This document shows positions 1-9,036 of a DNA stretch of 64,000 nt, piece after piece. A program made the position numbers and the translations under genes. The stretch spans positions 1,088,001 through 1,152,000 of the forward strand of contig CAXVYR010000004.1 in NCBI GenBank assembly GCA_963666975.2, given 5' to 3'. The notes under the pieces are model-generated. The model was given only the letters and a program-made list of their open reading frames with translations. It made no database searches and was not told the origin of the DNA. The number at the start of each line of letters is the position of its first letter. The stretch's first letter is position 1. This stretch comes from Terriglobia bacterium. Lineage in GTDB: Bacteria; Acidobacteriota; Terriglobia; 2-12-FULL-54-10.

Positions 1-238
1 GGAAATTCACCTCCGGCAGTGCGCCGTCTATCCCGAATTCGCCCGCGCGCGCGACCAACGCCGCCACGTTGGCCGAGCGGATCAGCGCCTTGCTCGGAAC
101 GCAGCCCGTGTTCAGGCAATCGCCTCCCAGCTTGTGGCGCTCCACCAATAGAGTGCGAGCCCCCAATTGGGCGGCGGCCCCGGCCGCGGTCAGCCCGGCC
201 GAGCCTCCTCCCAGCACAATCAGATCGTAGTCAGCCAT
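1..238 (-). CDS. Pyridine nucleotide-disulfide oxidoreductase (MerA/dihydrolipoamide dehydrogenase-like), N-terminal part, runs off window edge
   Basis: Not in the ORF track. Minus-strand translation from ATG 238 gives MADYDLIVLGGGSAGLTAAGAAAQLGARTLLVERHKLGGDCLNTGCVPSKAL, with the FAD GxGxxG and redox CxxxxC motifs. A GGAGGG RBS lies upstream. Confidence 0.9.
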   Translation of the reverse strand, partial: MADYDLIVLGGGSAGLTAAGAAAQLGARTLLVERHKLGGDCLNTGCVPSKALIRSANVAALVARAGEFGIDGALPEVNF

Positions 239-360
239 TGCTGAACCCTCCACAACAGAACATAACAATATACTGGCAGAATATACGGGCGGAATGTACG
301 CGCAGAATGCAGGTGCGGATGCCCGTGGGGATGTCTGCGCCGTGCCGATGCGGTCCTCTT

Positions 361-1083
361 CTACAACGGATCGGGCGGTGCGCCCATGAGCACAACGTTT
401 CCTTCTTCCACGCTCATTTTGTCGATCGAGAAAGGCAGCCGAAAAGGCCGGTCGATGGAGACCTCCGGGAAGGAGGGCTTCAGATACCGCTCGATCAGAA
501 AATCCACCACCATGCGGGGCAGAGCCACCCCATCCAGCGTGACCGTCTGGAGCGCGAACCGGGCGATTCCGCCGGAACTGGTGAAGGTCCCGTCCGCTCC
601 CAGCGTATGCACGCCCTGCAAAAAATAATCGATCAGAGGATTTCCCGAGCCGCCAAAAGCTGCTTTCAATTTACCAAAGTCCGCCTGCAGGGACCCTTGA
701 GTACGCGCCGGATGGAACTGGAGGCGAACCCGCGAAACACCCGGAGGATAATAAGGAAGCATTTCAAATTGTAGATAGGAATTCGCTTCCACCTCGCTGA
801 TCCGGACCGAGCCAAAGGAACGTCCCTGACCGGCAGCCTCCCGGACCTGCTCTAACTTGCGGGCCGCTGACTGCGCCGCCTCCCAGGAAAGCCGTTGTTG
901 CAACTCACCGTCCTGCGCACGGCCTGTTTGAGCCAGCCCCCCCCAACCAAGCAACGCAAAAACCAGGCAGTTCATTCCCGCCCGGCTTGCGAACGCGCAA
1001 ATCGCTCTCTCATTCACAATCGTCATCCCCTCCACTTTTGCTCTTACATTGCTTAGAGGCGGACATCCGCTGATTGGATGCAT
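361..1083 (-). CDS. Hypothetical exported/membrane-anchored protein (true start probably downstream of 1083)
   Basis: Long ORF co-oriented with the AsmA operon, with a signal-peptide-like segment MNCLVFALLGWGGLAQTGRA. Confidence 0.6.
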   Translation of the reverse strand: MHPISGCPPLSNVRAKVEGMTIVNERAICAFASRAGMNCLVFALLGWGGLAQTGRAQDGELQQRLSWEAAQSAARKLEQVREAAGQGRSFGSVRISEVEANSYLQFEMLPYYPPGVSRVRLQFHPARTQGSLQADFGKLKAAFGGSGNPLIDYFLQGVHTLGADGTFTSSGGIARFALQTVTLDGVALPRMVVDFLIERYLKPSFPEVSIDRPFRLPFSIDKMSVEEGNVVLMGAPPDPL

Positions 1084-1116
1084 TAAATGACTGGATGAAC
1101 GAAATGAGTGGACACA

Positions 1117-3777
1117 TTAATTGTGAGAATCAAGCAGCAAGGCGACGGTCTCCGTGAGGCGAGGCTCGGCCAGCGTGCCCGCCCAGTGGTATTGATGCCC
1201 TCCGGATTCCCTTCTTACGTTGAGGTCCAGAGTGCGATCAAAACCAACCGAGCCGGTCACGATCAGCGCAGGCAACTCCGGCGCACTCTCCCTGCCTCGC
1301 ACTGTGCCGGCCCCCGTAACCGCCCTGAGTTCTTCCAGCAGAACTTCCCTGCCGCCTATGTGGAAGCTGGCCGATAAGGAGGCAAACCCGGTGACAGGAT
1401 TCAGATCGGCTGGCGACGGCGCGCCCGACAGGTCCAGGCCATGGAGCACCAGATCGCTCCCGGCAACTTCCCCGGACCCTTCCAGGCGGTCTAGGATTTC
1501 ATTCAAATTCCCTCCGGAGCTTTCCAGGCGGAGGCTGCCATTTAATTTTCCGGAAAAAAATCCTCCCCAACCCGCTGACGCTTCCGTGAGCCTGTCCAAA
1601 TCCATGTTCGCGTAGTGGCTCTCCAGATGAAAGGCCGGTGAATCGGAATCAAAGCGAATGGCGGCGCTGCCAATTTGAGTGCCTCCGGCGAACTCTCCTC
1701 TGAAATGCTCGATCGTGAGAAGCCGGTCGCGGAAATCAACAGCGGCATCGAAATTCTCGATTCCCGTACCGCCAAGCCCGACCCAGCCGGTATGGAGCGT
1801 GCCCCTGGCTGATAAGCCGTCGAAAAACGGGGAGCCGCGGTTGCTGCCTCTTCCAAACCCGAAGAACGCTCCAGGCCGGTGGCGCGGGTTCAGGAGCTGG
1901 TCCAGCTCGGCAATGTCAATCCCGGAAGCATGGAAGTCAAACTCGACCTCCAGCCGGTTGTTCTTTCCCGCCACACCGGGTTTCGCCAAAAAGTTTCCCG
2001 TGAGTTCCATTCCTCCGAGCACGGCGACAAAAGGGCCGGCGCGAACTTCACCCGGTTGAAACTCCAGCCGGGCGCTGGAAACCTGGACTGGCTGGTTGAC
2101 CGCCCTTGATTTCAACTCTGCGCCGGAAAGCTCGGCCCAGCCGGTGAGTTGGGGAGGCTTTCCCGCTGCCGTGGCAACGCCGATCTCGAAGGAGAGGTCC
2201 CCCCCGGCGAGGTCCGCTTCGCCCCACCGGCTTCCAAACGCCCGGGCCCATTGCAAAAAGGAAGCCGTCGGAAGCGTCTCGCCGCGAAGCTGAATGGTGC
2301 TTTCCCAATTCTCCAGGTCCCAGCGCACAGCGGCCTCAAGATCGCCGCCCTGCTCGAAGCTCACGGTCACGGGTTCGGCCCGCCCGGTTTTCCCTTCAAA
2401 AACAGCCCGAAAATCGGCGAGGCGGGCGATTTGGCCTGATCTTTTTTCCTCAAGAACTCCTTCCGACAGGCTCAAGCTGCCAACCCAGCTCCGGGCAGCG
2501 CCCTCCATGTGAAGGCGGCCGTCCACTACTCCTTCGGCAAGCAACTGCGTATCGAGATCCGGGGTGAACTGTTTGACGATGTCCACGATCACCGCCAAGG
2601 GGACCCGGCGGAATTGCGCGCTCCAGTCCGGCTGGGGATCATGAAACAGACTTTCAACCTCTCCCCGAATCACCACGGCGCCTTCCGCCAGGGGAACGGC
2701 TATGGAAGTAAGCTGCAGGGACCCTCCCTGCACATCCAGGATTCCCGCGATCTGGGCGCGGAGGGTGGAGGCGACGGCGGGCGGCAATAAATCCCAGCGA
2801 TGCAGGTCCTCGACTCCGACCTCGCCCGTCAAACGAAGCAGCGAGGTCGTGCCCGTCAGGTGGAAGCGGAGGTTGAGCTCCCCATGCATCCCGTAATCGT
2901 TTCCCGTAAAGACCTTGAGCAGGTCTCCCAGCAGAGCGTTCTCAGCGGCCAGGTCCAGGCGCAAGGGCGTGCCCGTCTCGGCATGAATCCCCGAAGCAAA
3001 ATCCAACGGGCCAAACTCCGCCTCCCCCCGGACCCTGCTGATGGGATGGAGCGGGAAGTCGGTCCGGTTCGGAGTTCCCTCAAACCACAGTTTCCAGGGC
3101 TGTCCCGAGGAGGAGGGCGGAAGCAACTCCAAATCCAGCGCATCGATGACATACACTTTTTTTTGGTTCTGGGACTTGAAGTTGATCCGGCCGGAATCCA
3201 CGCGGATTTCCGGCAACGAGCGGAACGGAGGGAATGACGGGAGAGACTCTTCTTCGCTCGCCGGCTCCACACTCCCTGTCTCTAGCCTCGCCGCCTCCAG
3301 CATGGACGAAGCCGGGCCGCCGTCAACCGCTCCGAGTGATTCCCCTAGCGATTCCCCAAGTGTTTCGAGGTTCCAATGGCCGTCTCCGTTGAGGACAACA
3401 TTCAGGCTGGGACGCACAAAGACCAGAGAGGAAAATTGCATCCGGTCTTGCCAGAGCGAACGCAGGCCGACCGTCGCCTGCAAGGTTTCCATGCGCGCAA
3501 ACGGCTCGATGCCAAAGCGAGGGTCCTCCCCGACCACCACATTCTCGATCTCAAATCCCGGTCCCCCCAGCAGCTTCAATCGGATTTGTCCCGTGCGCAC
3601 AGGCCGACCCAGCTCCCGGGAGAGAGCAGCGGTAATTTTTTCCTGCCAGGAATTGACCTCGACGACCAGGGGAAGCAGCAAGCTCAGCAACAGCAAAGCC
3701 GCCGCGGTCCAGAAGATGGTTCGAGCCCAACGCAGGCGCAGCATGCCAACTCTCGTATCGCAGCTTTCCTCTCTCAT
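1117..3777 (-). CDS. AsmA family protein
   Basis: 886 aa with an N-terminal TM, the AsmA-like 'ITAALSRELGRPV...PSLNVVLNGDGHWNL' region and a beta-rich body. Lies downstream of lepB. Confidence 0.85.
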   Translation of the reverse strand: MREESCDTRVGMLRLRWARTIFWTAAALLLLSLLLPLVVEVNSWQEKITAALSRELGRPVRTGQIRLKLLGGPGFEIENVVVGEDPRFGIEPFARMETLQATVGLRSLWQDRMQFSSLVFVRPSLNVVLNGDGHWNLETLGESLGESLGAVDGGPASSMLEAARLETGSVEPASEEESLPSFPPFRSLPEIRVDSGRINFKSQNQKKVYVIDALDLELLPPSSSGQPWKLWFEGTPNRTDFPLHPISRVRGEAEFGPLDFASGIHAETGTPLRLDLAAENALLGDLLKVFTGNDYGMHGELNLRFHLTGTTSLLRLTGEVGVEDLHRWDLLPPAVASTLRAQIAGILDVQGGSLQLTSIAVPLAEGAVVIRGEVESLFHDPQPDWSAQFRRVPLAVIVDIVKQFTPDLDTQLLAEGVVDGRLHMEGAARSWVGSLSLSEGVLEEKRSGQIARLADFRAVFEGKTGRAEPVTVSFEQGGDLEAAVRWDLENWESTIQLRGETLPTASFLQWARAFGSRWGEADLAGGDLSFEIGVATAAGKPPQLTGWAELSGAELKSRAVNQPVQVSSARLEFQPGEVRAGPFVAVLGGMELTGNFLAKPGVAGKNNRLEVEFDFHASGIDIAELDQLLNPRHRPGAFFGFGRGSNRGSPFFDGLSARGTLHTGWVGLGGTGIENFDAAVDFRDRLLTIEHFRGEFAGGTQIGSAAIRFDSDSPAFHLESHYANMDLDRLTEASAGWGGFFSGKLNGSLRLESSGGNLNEILDRLEGSGEVAGSDLVLHGLDLSGAPSPADLNPVTGFASLSASFHIGGREVLLEELRAVTGAGTVRGRESAPELPALIVTGSVGFDRTLDLNVRRESGGHQYHWAGTLAEPRLTETVALLLDSHN

Positions 3778-3797
3778 CCGGCCCGGCTGGCGCCGGC

Positions 3798-4574
3798 TTA
3801 CCGGATCAGATGAAACATCCGCTTCCAGCGCGTCTTCTGCGGGAAGTGGATGACTACATCGAGCAGCCTCCTCACAAAATTCACAGCGCCCGTCTGGCGG
3901 TATTCCTCGCTGGAAGACTCAAACGACCAGTAGATCAACAGCGGCTGGCCGACAATGTTTCCCCTGGGCACAAAACCCCAGTACCGGCTGTCGGAGCTGA
4001 AATCGCGGTTGTCTCCCATGACAAAATACCGGCCCGGTGGAACCACGATTTCGCCGTCCTGAACGTGCTCCTGAAAAGTGTCGGCCCATTCGGAAAACAC
4101 CGTTCCGGAAGGCGGGGAAGGGAAATTATCCCGGTACGGTTGCATGCGGGTGCTTTTGTGGATTGCGTAGGGCTCCTCCAGCGCTTCCCCGTTGCGGAAG
4201 ACCTGCTTGTCCTCCAGATGGATTCGGTCGCCCGGCACGCCGACCACCCGCTTCACAAAATAAATTTTCGGGTCCAGCGGATAGCGAAACACGATGATCC
4301 GGTCGCGCTCCACCGGGTGATAGGGGACGATTCGGTCCCAAAATGAGGCGGGCCCGTAAGCCACCTTGTCGACCATCAGATGATCCCCGATCAACAGGGA
4401 ATCTTCCATGGAGCTGGAGGGAATTTTGAACGCCTGGATGAGAAACGTGGTGCCGAACAAAGCCAGGATCACGGTGACCACCAGCGATTCCAGATATTCC
4501 CGCGCAGTCGATTTCCCGCTCCCAGGCTGGGACTCGAGGTCCTTCTCAACCGGTCTCTCTGTTTTCACTGCCAA
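3798..4574 (-). CDS. lepB: Signal peptidase I
   Basis: Motifs IPSSSMEDSLLIGD (catalytic Ser), FVKRVVGVPGD (catalytic Lys) and GDNRDFSSDSRYWG. Confidence 0.97.
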   Translation of the reverse strand: MAVKTERPVEKDLESQPGSGKSTAREYLESLVVTVILALFGTTFLIQAFKIPSSSMEDSLLIGDHLMVDKVAYGPASFWDRIVPYHPVERDRIIVFRYPLDPKIYFVKRVVGVPGDRIHLEDKQVFRNGEALEEPYAIHKSTRMQPYRDNFPSPPSGTVFSEWADTFQEHVQDGEIVVPPGRYFVMGDNRDFSSDSRYWGFVPRGNIVGQPLLIYWSFESSSEEYRQTGAVNFVRRLLDVVIHFPQKTRWKRMFHLIR

Positions 4575-5268
4575 ATGGGTCCTCTCGCAGTTTAGACAAT
4601 GCCATCCGTGCAGCCGCCTGCTGGGCTGCCTTCTTGGTCTCTCCCTCCGCTTCCGCCAGTTGGTCGGCTCCTACACGGACCTGGACGGTAAAGACCTTGC
4701 TGTGCTCGGGGCCTCGCTCCTGAACGACCACATAATGGGGCTGAGGCGCCCGCCGGGCTTGCAACCATTCCTGCAACTCCGACTTGTAATCGCCGGTCTG
4801 AATCTGCTCCCAGTCGATCTTGCTGAGAATCGAGCGCCGGATGAAATCCCGGGCCGCTTCTACGCCGCCATCCCAGTACAGGGCCGCCACCAAAGACTCC
4901 AGGGCGTCGACCTGCAACGTCCTTTTGGTCCGGCCTCCGCTTTCCTCTTCCCCCTTGCCCAGAAGCAGGTAACGGCCGAGATGGATCTCGCGCGCAGCCT
5001 GGTCCAGATGGGCGGCACTGACCAAATGAGCCTTGAGCTTGGAAAGCTGCCCGGCGGAATGTGTGGGATACTGCCCGACTAAAACCTCGCTCACCAGGAA
5101 ACCCAGGATGGAATCTCCTAAAAACTCCATCCGCTCGTTGGAGCATTCCTCCCCCGCCCCGGAATGTTGTGCGTGGGAGCTGTGCGTGAGAGCCTGCAGC
5201 AGCAGCTCCGGCTGGGCAAAGGAGTACCCGATTTTTTCTTCTAACTCCAGCAGCGCAGCCGACTTCAT
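4546..5268 (-). CDS. rnc: Ribonuclease III
   Basis: ALTHSS, the NERMEFLGDSILG signature, and a C-terminal dsRBD (DYKSELQE...KKAAQQAAA). Start placed at MKSAALL (5268). Confidence 0.97.
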   Translation of the reverse strand: MKSAALLELEEKIGYSFAQPELLLQALTHSSHAQHSGAGEECSNERMEFLGDSILGFLVSEVLVGQYPTHSAGQLSKLKAHLVSAAHLDQAAREIHLGRYLLLGKGEEESGGRTKRTLQVDALESLVAALYWDGGVEAARDFIRRSILSKIDWEQIQTGDYKSELQEWLQARRAPQPHYVVVQERGPEHSKVFTVQVRVGADQLAEAEGETKKAAQQAAARMALSKLREDPFGSENRETG

Positions 5269-5349
5269 GCCTCTTTCCCCATCTCCCCCGGCCCCATCTG
5301 CTGGAAGAAAGAGTGTCTCGCAAGCATCCCTGGCCGCTCTGCTGTATTT

Positions 5350-5409
5350 ACAGAACAATAATTTGCAGAACTGCGATTAGCAGAACTACAATCTGGCAAA
5401 CTACAATGA
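5350..5409. repeat. 4 x 15-bp degenerate tandem repeat between the TPR gene stop and rnc
   Basis: ACAGAACAATAATTT / GCAGAACTGCGATTA / GCAGAACTACAATCT / GGCAAACTACAATGA. Confidence 0.7.
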
Positions 5410-6351
5410 TCCGGCCCCGGAATCCTCACTTCTCTCCTCTTGACTGATCGGGGACTGGAACAGAACAGAGCCGGAGACAGGCACCCGGGAGACGGCCTTC
5501 GACTTGAGCGCAAATTCTTTGGCCTCCGAGACCAAGTCCCTGGTTCCTCCGCCTGGAGACGGCACCCGCACGCCTCCGGCAGTCGCCGATTGCTCCAGCG
5601 CTTCCAGAGCCAGATCGTACTTCTCTTGGTAAGAGTAGGAAAGGCCCAGCCGGTACCATGTCACCGGGTCGGGCCGGGAGGCCAGCGTCGTGGCCATCTT
5701 AAACTCCGCCTCCGCTCTGGCAAAGTCCTCGCGGATCAAAGCAATCAAACCCAGCGCCGCGCGCGGGGTTGCCTCTGCGTCTTTTTTGGTGGCAACCCAT
5801 TGCGCGATGGTGAAATGGGGCGGCTTCCGGAGATTCGAGATCTGCTGCAAGGCACGCCCGGCGTATCTCTCCACTTCAACCAGTTTTTCCTGATAGTCGA
5901 TGTCTCTCCTGCTGGTTCTTTCCGCAATCGCCGAGGCGAGAATCAACAGCGCCACCAGGTTGTTTTCATTCTCCGAGAGAGTCAATTCGCCATAGGTCAG
6001 CACCCTGGCAAAGTCATTTTTCGCCTGATAGGCTTGCGTGGCCGCTTGAAAGGCGTGTTCTTTTAACTCTGATTGGGGATACTCCAGCAGAAAGTCCTCG
6101 ACCAGGCGTATCTGCTCATCCGGGTCCTGTTCCTGCATGAACTGCTGGTAGGCTGCAAACTCCTCTTGCGACCTCGCCTCCGGGACCGGCGGCGGTCCTC
6201 CTTCCTGGGCCTGCGGTTGAGCGTCCTGTGGTTGAGAGACCTGTGGTTGAGCGGCCTGCGGCGGCGGGGCAGCCGCCTCAGCCGGAATTGGAGACAGGAC
6301 TACCATGGCGCTCAGCACCAGAATGCCAAAAGCAGACCATAATCGTTTCAT
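5401..6351 (-). CDS. Exported tetratricopeptide-repeat protein
   Basis: Signal peptide, P/Q-rich linker and TPR-like helices (e.g. PVTWYRLGLSYSYQEKYDLALEALEQ). Confidence 0.8.
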   Translation of the reverse strand: MKRLWSAFGILVLSAMVVLSPIPAEAAAPPPQAAQPQVSQPQDAQPQAQEGGPPPVPEARSQEEFAAYQQFMQEQDPDEQIRLVEDFLLEYPQSELKEHAFQAATQAYQAKNDFARVLTYGELTLSENENNLVALLILASAIAERTSRRDIDYQEKLVEVERYAGRALQQISNLRKPPHFTIAQWVATKKDAEATPRAALGLIALIREDFARAEAEFKMATTLASRPDPVTWYRLGLSYSYQEKYDLALEALEQSATAGGVRVPSPGGGTRDLVSEAKEFALKSKAVSRVPVSGSVLFQSPISQEERSEDSGAGSL

Positions 6352-6419
6352 GAGTACGTACTCCTTCTTGCAATACTCTATTGCTATGCTGCCGGGGGGG
6401 GAAGCTGATCTTGCCCTTC

Positions 6420-8018
6420 TTAACCCAGGGGAACACCGTGCCGGGGCTTTCTTTCCTCCCTTGGAATTTCCTGCGGCGGACTCTCTCTGCCAGCCGGTGC
6501 GAACTCTTCCTGCATGCCCTTTTCGGCTGCGGCGCGCGTTTCGGCGGAAGAATCACCGGCTGCCAGGGCGGCGGCATACTCGGCCTGCGCCGCCTCCCGG
6601 TTTCCCTCCATGTCCAGCATGCGTCCGAGATATATATGAGACCATGCTTTCAAATGAGGGTCTGCGTTCGAAGCCGCCACCTGCGTGAAGTATTGCTTTG
6701 CCATCACCGGCTTGTTCTGACGGGTGGCGACAATCGCCAGCCCGTAGAGCGTCCGCGGGCGCGAGTCATATTGTTTGGCAAGGCCCTCGAAGATGCGCAG
6801 CGCGCCCTCATAATCTCCTTGCCCAATGCTGTCCTCTCCCCGGCGGGCCATCTGTTCGTAGGAAAACCAGAGGAGTTCACTCCTCGGCTCGGCGGGCTGG
6901 GCGCGGAACTGGACCTGCGCGATGCGCTCTTGTTCCTCTTCCACAGAGATGGCTTCGATCATCTCCGGATAATACCGCCGCATGCCTACCGGTTGCTGCT
7001 CAAATACCTCCATCGCCTCGAAGAAATACGTTGTCAGAAAAAATCCTTCCTCGACGGCGTCCTCCACGGCGCGCAGCTTAGCCTTGGAATCGGCAGGGGA
7101 ACGGCGCGCTTGGACCGCCTGGATCAGCGACTCGGTCAGCAGCAGGCTGAAACTTCTTTGGAAGGCAACATCGAGCGCGGGAGCTTGCTCGGTGATCTTC
7201 AGCAGCTCCTGTTTCGCCGCCACCTCCCTGCCGTATTTCAAAAGATAGGGATCGAAATGATAGTGGAGCCACCCGTGCTGAATCTCCTGCTCGGGAATCT
7301 CCGCCGAGGGGCTTGCCACGATGAAGTAGTCGTCCCCGTAGCTGCGCGCGTGGGTCTGGTTGGGCGCTCCCAGCGGGTTGATATAAATGGCGAAGCGGCG
7401 ATTCCAGTAGCCGGGCGTGTTCACCCGCAGGTAGCTGTTGGTCTCCACGATGGTTCGCGCCAGCGCTTTTTGATACCGCTCGCTCTCCTGCTCCATTGCC
7501 GGCAGATATTTTTCCCACATAGATTGGATGCCGGCTTCCTGGTAAAAGGCGGCGATCAGAGGAACCATATCTTGCAGGTCCACCACGTCGGGAGGCAGGT
7601 TGGCGGGGCTCACTTGCAACTCGAAAGAGGGCGGACCGGACAGAAGCAAGGCCAGGGAAACATACTGGCCCAGGTCGCGGGAGGGATCAAAAAGCTGATG
7701 ATCGCCATAGAACACCCGCAACGCCGGCAGGCTGGGGATGTCCTTTGCGGCCAACTCCTTTCGCACAGCGTAGCGCATCGGCGCCAGCTCCGGCCTGCCT
7801 GCGCCCACGTCGAAACCGGCGGCGTTGACCGCGGCCAGCACCGTGAACAGTTGCAGGTTCGGCTCGGCGACGATTCCTTGTTGTTGCCCTTGTCGTTGTT
7901 GTTGCGCTTGCAGCGACACCACTCCCAGTGAGGCTGCTCCCAGCCACAACACAAAGCCATACAAGAAGATAGGAGGGAATTTTCTGAGTCTCAAAGGGCC
8001 TGTTTGCCTTTCGGCCAC
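6420..8018 (-). CDS. Exported protein with C-terminal TPRs; first gene of the operon
   Basis: 532-aa ORF with a signal-like N-terminus and TPR 'AWSHIYLGRMLDMEGNREAAQAEYAAAL'. GTG start lies just downstream of a sigma70 promoter. Confidence 0.8.
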   Translation of the reverse strand: MAERQTGPLRLRKFPPIFLYGFVLWLGAASLGVVSLQAQQQRQGQQQGIVAEPNLQLFTVLAAVNAAGFDVGAGRPELAPMRYAVRKELAAKDIPSLPALRVFYGDHQLFDPSRDLGQYVSLALLLSGPPSFELQVSPANLPPDVVDLQDMVPLIAAFYQEAGIQSMWEKYLPAMEQESERYQKALARTIVETNSYLRVNTPGYWNRRFAIYINPLGAPNQTHARSYGDDYFIVASPSAEIPEQEIQHGWLHYHFDPYLLKYGREVAAKQELLKITEQAPALDVAFQRSFSLLLTESLIQAVQARRSPADSKAKLRAVEDAVEEGFFLTTYFFEAMEVFEQQPVGMRRYYPEMIEAISVEEEQERIAQVQFRAQPAEPRSELLWFSYEQMARRGEDSIGQGDYEGALRIFEGLAKQYDSRPRTLYGLAIVATRQNKPVMAKQYFTQVAASNADPHLKAWSHIYLGRMLDMEGNREAAQAEYAAALAAGDSSAETRAAAEKGMQEEFAPAGRESPPQEIPREERKPRHGVPLG

Positions 8019-8128
8019 CTGAATCGACGGCCATTTTCTGCCTCTTTACAGTCTAGGGAAATCGGGGTCCGCAGTCAACCGTTTGGCGGGGTGAGCACTA
8101 TACCCCCCCTGAAGTTGGCCCACCCCCC
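7818..8128. repeat. Direct repeat copy 1 (~310 bp): TPR-gene 5' end + promoter + G/C-run 'A' motif
   Basis: Aligns by eye with 16732-17024 at high identity, apart from an 18-bp indel in the Q-rich tract. Confidence 0.92.
8050..8078 (-). promoter_or_regulatory. sigma70-type promoter of the TPR-rnc-lepB-AsmA operon
   Basis: Minus strand reads TTGACT-17 nt-TAGACT, about 30 nt upstream of GTG 8018. Confidence 0.75.
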
Positions 8129-9036
8129 TGTGGAAAATCGAGGTTTCTCCGGCTGAGTCTATGTGGCTTCTTTGAGGGCGGCTGGTTCCCTAGACGATTG
8201 CCAGAGTGCTATATTGGTGATTAGTCTTGCTTGGTTCCAACACGTTTTAGCATGATTTTTCTACCACACTATTCACGCAATTAATGGACCATAATCGGGC
8301 TCATATTTGGATTAGGAGGTGAGCTACTATGTTGATGGTGGTATTCGGGGCTGGTGCCTCTTATGACTCAGTCCCTTCGCGTCCTCCGAATAAGTTCCCA
8401 CTTCCACACCGTCCACCGCTTGTGGATGAATTGTTTGCGGACAGGAGTGAGTTTGCTGAACCGATGTCCCTCTTTCCGAAAATCCACCCCATCATTCCCA
8501 ACCTTCGGGCTATCCCCGAAGATTCTACGTTGGAGCAAGAACTCGAAAAATTACAGAAACAGTCGAGGGAGCACCCAGCGCGACATGGACAACTGGCTTC
8601 TGTCCGTTTTTATCTCCAGTACATGCTTTCGCAGTGTCAAGACAGGTGGAATGAAGATGTTGCTAAGGGCATAACGAATTACAACGTATTATTAGACGAC
8701 ATTGAACGTTTGCGTAGAAAAGAAGAGCGAATCTGCATGGTTACTTTTAACTATGACACTTTGCTTGAAGCAGTTCTACACACTATTAACATTGAAGTAA
8801 GAGATATTCATGATTACGTTGCAGACGAGTATTATACACTGATTAAGCTGCACGGCTCCGTCAACTGGGCCCGCGAAGTCGAAACGGTAATCGATGCAAA
8901 TCACGGATTTGATGTTGCACACGAGTTGATTGCAAAGGCCGACAAACTTGTAATTAGCCAAAGATACCGCATAGTGTACGTCGTCAGATAATGTTGGACA
9001 CAGAGCATAAAAAGATAAGATGTGGCGTTCAGGCTC

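Noticed and set aside
6381-7931. 516-aa plus-strand ORF (likewise 37433-38941, 21329-22546, 28003-28947 and many shorter track ORFs)
   Set aside because: These are antisense shadows of well-supported genes in GC-rich DNA and show no recognisable motifs.
8088-8128. A motif as a CsoR/RcnR operator
   Set aside because: It has TACCCC runs but not the TACCC-n-GGGTA inverted layout, and no metal-homeostasis genes are adjacent.
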